From the NCBI GenBank assembly GCA_039933875.1, contig JBDTNF010000211.1, forward strand, positions 1 through 59,536: DNA of 59,536 nucleotides. Reading direction: 5' to 3'. The DNA is from Flavobacteriales bacterium. Its GTDB lineage: Bacteria > Bacteroidota > Bacteroidia > Flavobacteriales_F > PHOS-HE28. Of this stretch, positions 56,801 to 59,536 are shown piece by piece. The position numbers and the translations under genes are program-made. Below the pieces are notes generated by a model. That model did no database searches. It was not told where the DNA came from and saw only the letters and a program-made list of their open reading frames with translations. Positions within the stretch are counted from its first letter, which is position 1. Each line of letters opens with the position of its first letter.

Positions 56801-58844
56801 TATACAGGTCACAGCCAATGCTGCGAACGCGGGCGGAGGTATGTGGACCACTTCGGGTACGGGTACGTTCTTCGACCCGAACGCACTGGCCACGCTTTAC
56901 ACGCCAAGTGCCGCCGACAGCCTTGCCGGTTCCGTTACGCTGACCGTGACGACTACGGGTGTGGCACCGTGCAGTACGGTATCGGATCAATTGGTGATCA
57001 GCTTCGGTGGTGGCCTTGCTGCGGCAGCAGGCGCGGATGTGGTCGCATGCAGCACCAACCCGAACATTGTGCTGAGCGGTGCAGTGGCCGGAACGACCAC
57101 CGGCACTTGGAACACCAGTGGCACGGGCTCCTTCCTGCCGAACGCGAGCGCGCTCAACGCGACCTACATCCCCGGTGCGGCGGATTTCGCGATCGGCGAC
57201 ATCAACCTGATCCTGAGCACCACGAACAATCTGGGATGCCCTGCCGGACGTGACACCTTGGTGGTGAGCTACCACGTACCGCCGACGGTGAACGCTGGTA
57301 CGGATGTGCTCCTGTGCAATGGCTTGCAGAACGTACAACTCAATGGAAGCGCGCAGAACCAAGGCTCCGTGCAGTGGGCGACCATGGGTACAGGATCATT
57401 CACGCCGAATGTGAATGCGCTGAACGCCACCTACTTGCCGACCGTGAACGACAGCATCGCCGGTGGCGTGTACCTCGTGCTCACCGCCTTCGGAACGGGT
57501 ACGTGCGGAAATGCTTCGGACTCGGTGTTCATCGACATTGGTCCGACGCGGATCGCGAGTGCCGGTGTTGATCAGACGATCTGTGCGAATGGCGGAGCGA
57601 TCCAGTTGGCAGGCACGATCACCGGCGTCACTGGCGGTGTATGGACCACCAATGGCACAGGCACCTTCGCGCCTGGCGCAACCGACCTGAACCCGGACTA
57701 CGTGCCGAGCACGACCGACCTGGTCTTCCCGCAACTCCGCTTCGTGCTGAGCACAACGGGGAACATGGGCTGCCCTGCGCACTCGGATACGGTGACGGTC
57801 GCTCTTCAGCAACCACCGACCGTGAATGCGGGCAACGATGTGACCACATGCGATGCCTCGGCCGATGTGCAACTGACGGGCTCGTTCAGTGGCGCGGCGG
57901 GTATCCATTGGACGACGAACAGCTCTGGCGTCTTCGTGCCGAACGCTGATGCACCGAACGCGGTGTACCAGCCAAGTGTGGCGGACTCGCTCGCGCAGAA
58001 TGTGCTGTTGATCTTGACGACCACCGGCAACCAGAACTGTCCGGCGGCTGCGGATACCATGCACCTGTCCTTCGTGAACCCGCTTGTCGCTGGCTTCACC
58101 TTCGCTAACCCTTGTGCCGGATCAGCAACGCTCTTCACTGATGCCAGTACCACGAGCGGATCGGCGATCATCGGTTGGAACTGGAGCTTCGGCAACGGCA
58201 CCACTGCCACAGGCCCGCAAGCTGCCGCCATTTTCCCGACGGCTGGACAGTACAACGTATCGCTCACCGTCTTCTCACAGAGCGGCTGCAACGCGACATA
58301 CAATGCAGTGATCGATGTGGTCAACTCGCCGGTCGCTGGGTTCAGCATCGATGGCGATCCCTTTACCGACACGCCGATCGTCTTCACGGACCACTCCTTC
58401 GGTGCAACAGGCTGGCAGTACAACTTCGGAGATGGCACAGGTTCGCTGGCTTCCGCTCCGACGCACGAGTACACCGACGCGGGTCAGTTCCTGATCGTGC
58501 AGACCGTGGTGAACGCCGCTGGATGCATGGATCACGACTCGTTGTTGGTCAGCATCACGGAGAAGGACATCCTTCCCCCGAAACTACCGAACGCGTTCAG
58601 CCCGAACGGCGACGGAGTGAACGATGTGTTCTACGTGCGTGGCGGACCATTCGAGACCATGCACCTTCGCGTGTACAATGGCTGGGGCGAACTGATCTTC
58701 GAGACGGAGGATCCCACCTTCGGCTGGGACGGTACGCATGACGGCACACCGGAGATCAACGGGGTGTACGTCTACTCCGTGGTCGCCACGACAACGGATG
58801 GAACGCTGCACGATCGTTCCGGCAAGATCACACTCATGCGATAA
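41886..58844 (+). CDS. Giant T9SS type-B-secreted adhesin (IgGFc-binding N-domain, 56 Ig-like repeats, 2 PKD domains, CHU_C/gliding-type CTD), 5652 aa
   Basis: Signal peptide MNKALLF...LLG/Q; GTEF, SDKPV.V, DQ.VPV..LG.EY (IgGFc-binding); tandem repeats; WSFGNG and YNFGDG PKD motifs; PNAFSPNGDGVND...YNGWG...WDG...GVYVY...G.ITLMR type B CTD. Confidence 0.93.
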   Translation: MNKALLFAFVAFVSGPLLGQTGTEFWMAPPDITYYHNTPGDEPIYINVTTGGTAATVTISQPANAAFNGGAPIVLNVAANAAVRYNLTSLKAQLETRPTNSVCNTGLRIQSTANITCYYEPSNTNNPDIMALKGQNGLGTEFYIPLHKHTPFYNNNFSPNNADLAFASFDIVATQNNTTVMIYSPVAVDGHAALTPFTVILNQGQTYSCANTNPATHTDPLTHPSGAVVLSDKPVAVSIKDDSNHNPSGGCYDLMLDQIVPVNVLGTEYVAVKGALNPTGDESLFVMAVQNNTQVYIDGNPTPVATLFAGQYYRHDMDYLSGAANNSTLVTGSKPLYAIHVTGFGCEQGMAILPPLNCAGSTQLSFTRSTSEAFYLNLLVRNGSQNNFVVSPGTATIPGSAFQAVPGTGGVWMAAQIQYNATQVPVNQAFIVSNTSDVFSLAIINGGATSGCRYGFFSEFAGQINVTAGSDQTRCAGDNVTLTGTVSGGSTTGIWTTSGSGTFTPSATSLTATYQPSIGDLAIGNVTLTLTSTGPCTPANDAMVVTFSPKPIPNAGPDQSVCRNNPVVQLAGSMLNAVGGVWTGGAGAFLPGNSNLNATYTPTAADLAAGQVWIKLASTGNGVCAAVVDSMLVTFTLAPTVNAGPAQTRCANNAVAQLNGSFTVATGAVWSGGAGSFDPSTTNTSAQYTPTAAEIASGSVTLTLTTMGNGNCNAVSSQVVITYTAAPVVNAGAAVSLCANNAQVSLSGSVTGATGGVWSGGAGSYSPNNTALNATYTPTAAEIAAGTLTLTLSSTGNGNCLPVTSNKVIGFTPAPTVNAGPNGTVCANNANITLAGSFTLATGAVWSGGTGSYNPNNATMTAVYTPSAAERTAGTVTLTLTTVGNSNCNAVSSNVTYTITPAPTANAGVDQTLCANNAVAILNGSFTVATGGIWSGGAGSFSPSTTNMGAQYTPTPGEISSGSVALTLTTAANGGCVAVADQVLLSFTPAPVVSAGAAVSVCANNVQVSLNGNVIGATGGAWSGGTGSFNPNATTLNVTYTPSAAEIAAGTVTLTLSSTGNGNCNAVSSSKVITITPAPTVNAGPNGTVCANNPAITLAGAITVATGATWSGGAGTYSPNTTTLNAMYTPSAAERAAGTVTLTLTTVGNGNCNAVSSSVTYAITPAPTANAGIDRTVCANNAVVTLNGSFTVATGGIWSGGAGSFDPSTTNMGAQYTPTPGEISSGSVALTLTTTGNGGCLAVADQMVIAFTAAPVVNAGPAVSLCANNAQVSLSGSVTGAMGGIWSGGTGTFNPSNTALIATYTPTAAEIAAGTLSLTLTSTGNGTCNPVSSNRVITFTSAPVVSAGSNGSVCTNNATISLNGSVTGATGAIWSGGAGTFTPNNTTLNTTYTPTAAERTAGTVTLILTSAGNGNCTAVSASVTYSITPAPTTNAGPDLSLCSNNPVATLSGTFTVATGGIWSGGNGSFSPSTTNMGATYTPTAVEIANGNVTLTLTTTGNGTCVAVTDDIQLNFMPSPTANAGPNLTLCRNNASVALGGSVTVATGGIWSGGAGSYTPNNTTLNATYTPTPAELAAGTLTLTLTTTGNGNCNAVSSSRVITFTPAPTVDAGPNATVCANNAAITLAGTFAISTGAQWTGGSGTYNPNNTTMNAVYTPSAAERAAGTVTLTLTTVGNGNCNAVSDQVTFTITPAPTANAGLDRTVCANDPGVALNGSFTIATGGIWSGGAGTFDPSTTNMGAIYTPSTAEITAGIVTLTLTTTGNGTCNAVNDQIVISITDAPTVNAGAPISLCANNALVSLNGSVFGATGGAWSGGSGTFSPNNTTLNATYAPSASDLAAGTVTLTLTSTGNGTCNPVSSSRVITFTPAPTANAGADASVCANNANIPLAGAFTGATGAIWSGGTGTYNPNNTTPNAVYTPSIAERTAGTVTLTLTTVGNGNCNAVSDAVTLSITPSPTVNAGVDRTVCANNAAVTLNGSFTVTTGGVWSGGNGTFDPSTTNMGAIYTASAAEIANGSVTLTLTTTGNGGCIAVADQMVINFTAAPVVNAGAPVSLCANNAQVALSGSVSGATGGVWSGGTGTYSPNNTTLNATYTPTAAEIAGGTLTLTLTSTGNGTCNPVQSSRVISFSPAPSVSAGPNGTVCANNSTIALAGSQSGATGAVWSGGTGTYNPNNATLNAVYAPSATERTAGTVTLTLTTVGNGNCNAVSSQVTYSITPAPTANAGPNQSRCANNAVATLAGSVTVATGGIWSGGAGTFAPSTTNLNATYTPTAAEIATGFVTLTLSTAGNNNCVAASDQVTIAFTPAPVANAGAPVSICVNDPQVSMTGSVSGATGGVWSGGLGSFTPNNTALNAVYTPTPSELAAGTLTLTLTTTGNGNCNSVTSTRTITFTPAPTVNAGANGTVCSNASLITLNGSVIGASGAIWNGGAGVFAPNNTTLNATYQPTSAERNAGTVTLTLTSAGNGNCNAVSSNVTYTITPAPTVSAGVDQVRCANNAVTTLNGGFTIATGGVWSGGAGTFSPGTTNMNATYTPTVSEISNGSVTLTLTTTGNNNCVAVSDQMVISFTPSPTVDAGVDVSVCRNNANVALNGSVGVATGGIWSGGAGSFTPNNTTLNATYTPTPAELALGTLTLTLTSTGNGNCNAASDTKVITFTPAPTVSAGSNGTVCANNANIALAGAITGATGAAWSGGTGTYDPNNTTLNATYTPSAAERTAGTVTLTLTTTGNGNCNAVSAQVTYSITPAPTANAGADRVLCANYASTGLSGAFSIATGGIWSGGAGTFDPSTTNMSAIYTPTVAEVTAGSVTLTLTTTGNGLCNAATDQVLLTFTDPPSANAGPDVTRCANNAAVALGGSVVVATGGTWTGGTGTFTPNANTLNATYNPGAGDLAAGQVTLMLTTTGNGNCTPATDTKIITYTPAPIVNAGANGSVCANAATIVLNGTVTGAAGGVWSGGAGSFSPNNITLNATYTPTAAERAAGTVTLTLTSAGNGQCNPVSNTVTYSITPAPTVNAGVDQSVCGNNATATVNAVITVATGVQWSGGSGVYSPGSTAQNITYSPSPIEVVSGSVTLIATTTGNGTCAAVSDAMVITYTQAPMANAGPDQTVSSNNANTTLAGSFSIATGATWSGGAGTYNPNNTTMNAVYTPTPAEVAAGSVTLTLITTGNASCSPATDEITIFFGAAPTANAGPDQTVCANNPAVQLSGAITIATGGIWSGGTGTYNPNNSTLNAIYTPSAAERAAGIVTLTLTSVGNGNSNPVNDQTVITITPAPIANAGADRTVCANQPAAQLSGVVNNATGGVWSGGSGTFNPSNTNPNATYTPTLGEIAAGMVTLTLSSTGNGLCNGVADQMVIFIVPAPVVNAGIDRTVCSNNASVQMAGSVSNAGGGIWSGGTGTFSPSINALNAVYTPSTSELANGSLTLTLSSTGNGTCLSVSDQMTIFFSQSPAVNAGIDRTVCANDPTVILNGSVTIASGGVWSGGGGTFTPNANTLNATYYPSPAEVALGTATLTLTSMGNGLCNAVSDQMVITIIASPSANAGADIAICSNNAQVQLGGSVSGAGGGQWSGGAGIFTPSIASLNATYTPTPAEVAAGNLMLTLTTIGNGNCVPVSDQVHITFTASPTANAGANGVRCANNAGIQLNGSVTIANGGSWSGAGGTFTPNANALNAVYTPSAGELAAGQVTLTLTTSGNNGCLAVSDDVSFTFTPAPTANAGVDPFTCANNATVTLNGAITVATGALWSGGNGTYAPSNSALNPIYTPSASEIAAGTVTLTLTTAGNGTCNPVNDEVVISITPSPIVNAGTPLTSCANNPAAQLAGSVQNATGGIWSGAGTFSPSATNLSATYTPSNAEVAAGTAIITLTSTGNGLCNAVSSQVALTITAAPIVETGSPQTLCANNAVAQLAGQVINASGGTWSGVAGAFSPNSSALNATYTPSATEIASGQVWLFLTSTGNGGCLASRDSVQLQFTPAPTVNAGPDAHVCANAAQVSLNGAITVANGGIWTGGNGSYTPDNSALNATYLPTAAEIASGQFTLVLSSTGNGNCAIVRDSLVVLVDPVPVVNAGPDQQICANNSNVQMNGFVGNAPGGAWSGGAGTFFPSNTMLATQYAPTATEIASGSLTLTLTSTGTAFCNAVTDQMTIVFTGSPIVSAGSDLQICANNSAVQLTGNVTNASGGTWTGGSGSFAPNSNVLSPVYTPSAGELAAGPLSLYLTSTGNGNCISVRDTVIVTFTPAPTVNAGADLDVCTNNPVVTLNGSITVATGAQWSGGLGTYTPNAQALNAQYVPSAFELGSGSVQLTLTTIGNSNCVAVTDQITITVTPSPVVNAGADVITCSNQLQVPLNGTVQGGATTGLWSTSGTGTFSPSTSTLNATYIASSLDSLNGTVDLTLTSSNNGLCTAVSDVMTVTILPNAIANAGVDQVVCSTTSTIQLNGTITGNATQGQWTTTGAGGFSPSASAANAVYQIATGDPAMGTLTFTWSVNSCDNAMDQMVLTITPASVANAGADQVTCYNNLNIVINGSVSGASNSGTWSTLGSGSFANPNTALSNVYQANANDQLAGGAYLVLTATTTGVCQAAIDTMFIAIQPAGTVNAGIDVVACANNAVTQLNGTLSGDATQVQWSTSGTGSFFPNANVLTPTYVPSAIDTTIGTLTLTLSAPGTCNNATDEIQLTLTPAPYVNAGPDQTYCDQVTQFNLNGTITGITSAGQWTTTGTGTIANAGSLSTTYTASAADVANGSITFTLTSVNNANCNAVTDAMTIYLIDGLIVSAGPDQNVCVASDHANMQATVQNGSPSGIWTTTGTGNFQPNADVLNAQYFFSANDVTSGSVVLTFTATNTGTCPVMQDQMVLTFGSSTFAYAGADQALCANSPIAQLAGNFSGGAQGIQWSTSGSGFFSNTTDPNATYTLSASDIAAGQVQLTLTTITSGSCLPASDVVAIAVNALPNITAGGDITACTAAAIQVTANAANAGGGMWTTSGTGTFFDPNALATLYTPSAADSLAGSVTLTVTTTGVAPCSTVSDQLVISFGGGLAAAAGADVVACSTNPNIVLSGAVAGTTTGTWNTSGTGSFLPNASALNATYIPGAADFAIGDINLILSTTNNLGCPAGRDTLVVSYHVPPTVNAGTDVLLCNGLQNVQLNGSAQNQGSVQWATMGTGSFTPNVNALNATYLPTVNDSIAGGVYLVLTAFGTGTCGNASDSVFIDIGPTRIASAGVDQTICANGGAIQLAGTITGVTGGVWTTNGTGTFAPGATDLNPDYVPSTTDLVFPQLRFVLSTTGNMGCPAHSDTVTVALQQPPTVNAGNDVTTCDASADVQLTGSFSGAAGIHWTTNSSGVFVPNADAPNAVYQPSVADSLAQNVLLILTTTGNQNCPAAADTMHLSFVNPLVAGFTFANPCAGSATLFTDASTTSGSAIIGWNWSFGNGTTATGPQAAAIFPTAGQYNVSLTVFSQSGCNATYNAVIDVVNSPVAGFSIDGDPFTDTPIVFTDHSFGATGWQYNFGDGTGSLASAPTHEYTDAGQFLIVQTVVNAAGCMDHDSLLVSITEKDILPPKLPNAFSPNGDGVNDVFYVRGGPFETMHLRVYNGWGELIFETEDPTFGWDGTHDGTPEINGVYVYSVVATTTDGTLHDRSGKITLMR
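43272..58079 (+). repeat. 56 tandem intragenic repeats of ~264 nt (88 aa)
   Basis: Counted from the translation: P.vnAG....C.nn....L.G....a.gg.Wsgg.G.f.P.....natYtP...e...G.vtLtLt..gng.C....d...i. Repeats 3-38 are exactly 264 nt (for example starts at 43797, 50925 and 51189). Confidence 0.95.
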
Positions 58845-58859
58845 GCGAACCTGAGCAAC

Positions 58860-59536
58860 ATGAAGAACCTGAACAACCTTCCAGCGCTGCTTTTCGCACT
58901 CTGTGTGAGCGGCGGGACCAGGGCCCAGGACGCGCACTTGTCCCAGTATGAGACCGCACCGAACACGTTGAATCCCGCACTTACCGGGATGTTCGAGAAC
59001 GCGGACTTCCGTATGACGAGCAACGTGCGCAGCCAGTGGAACAGCTTATCGAGCAGTTTCCTCACCACCGGATTCGCGTACGACATCGCACTGCAGAACC
59101 GCTTCGGGGCTGGACTGTACATGACGAACTACAACCAAGCGGGCATTGTGAACACCTTCCAGATAGGTGCCTCCGGAGCCTACAACGTGTCAGGGAAGAG
59201 CGCGCACCACACGCTATCCGTGGGGGCACATCTGGGTCTGATCTACAAGAAGGTGAACAGCCAACAACTACTCTGGGACAACCAGTACAACGATGGGTAC
59301 TTCGATAGTGATCTGCCCTCAGGTGAGATCCTGCAACGTGGTTCGCGCTTCATGCCGGACCTCTCCGCGGGTGTGGCCTACCGGGGTACGAACAAGCGCA
59401 AACGGGTGAACCCGTTCGGCAACTTCGCACTGTTCCACGTCACCACGCCGGATGAATCGATCCTGCGCACCACAGCCAGCGACCTGCCTATCCGGTACTC
59501 CGTGAACGGAGGGGCGCGGGTGGAATTCAATGAAGG
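58860..59536 (+). CDS. PorP/SprF family T9SS outer-membrane protein (3'-truncated by window edge)
   Basis: Not in the ORF track because it has no stop in the window. Reads MKNLNNLPALLFALCVSGGTRA/QDAHLSQYETAPNTLNPALTG...RSQW; directly follows a type B CTD gene. Confidence 0.9.
   Translation, partial: MKNLNNLPALLFALCVSGGTRAQDAHLSQYETAPNTLNPALTGMFENADFRMTSNVRSQWNSLSSSFLTTGFAYDIALQNRFGAGLYMTNYNQAGIVNTFQIGASGAYNVSGKSAHHTLSVGAHLGLIYKKVNSQQLLWDNQYNDGYFDSDLPSGEILQRGSRFMPDLSAGVAYRGTNKRKRVNPFGNFALFHVTTPDESILRTTASDLPIRYSVNGGARVEFNE

Noticed and set aside
43272-58079. Repeat array considered as a CRISPR array, DGR or assembly artefact
   Set aside because: Repeats are in-frame, protein-coding and synonymously diverged; no spacers, cas genes or reverse transcriptase.
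5208-59536. Gln directly after many predicted signal peptides (VLA/Q, SFG/Q, LHA/Q, LLG/Q, TRA/Q)
   Set aside because: Known Bacteroidota Q-rule (pyroglutamate formation); supports the taxonomy but is not novel.

Overview
GC-rich Bacteroidota chromosome segment, probably a Flavobacteriales-like lineage (inferred from T9SS genes, TAnnTTTG promoters and gene order). No transposase, phage, integrase or CRISPR array is visible. It holds housekeeping genes (ybeY, gltX, folB, tRNA-Cys, recO, ptrB, mltD, gatA, tatA, dut), an envelope block (flippase to EnvC-like), porZ, an ECF42-type sigma cluster, two paralogous T9SS cargo proteins, and a ~17 kb gene for a 5652-aa type-B T9SS adhesin followed by a PorP/SprF gene. 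Main observations: (1) The adhesin has 56 Ig-like repeats of ~88 aa with a three-repeat superperiod. A paired Cys->Ser loss in neighbouring repeats suggests the disulfides link adjacent domains into a rod. O-glycosylation sequons are concentrated at the cell-proximal end. (2) Two secreted paralogues appear to carry a C2-like Ca2+-binding domain inserted inside a PKD domain. (3) A duplicated 28-nt ECF42-like promoter defines a local regulon. (4) A small Sm/LSm-like protein occurs in a phylum that lacks Hfq. (5) Two lower-GC orphan membrane-anchored genes sit on either side of the flippase gene. (6) Several transcripts look leaderless. All calls come from reading motifs by eye; no database searches were run.
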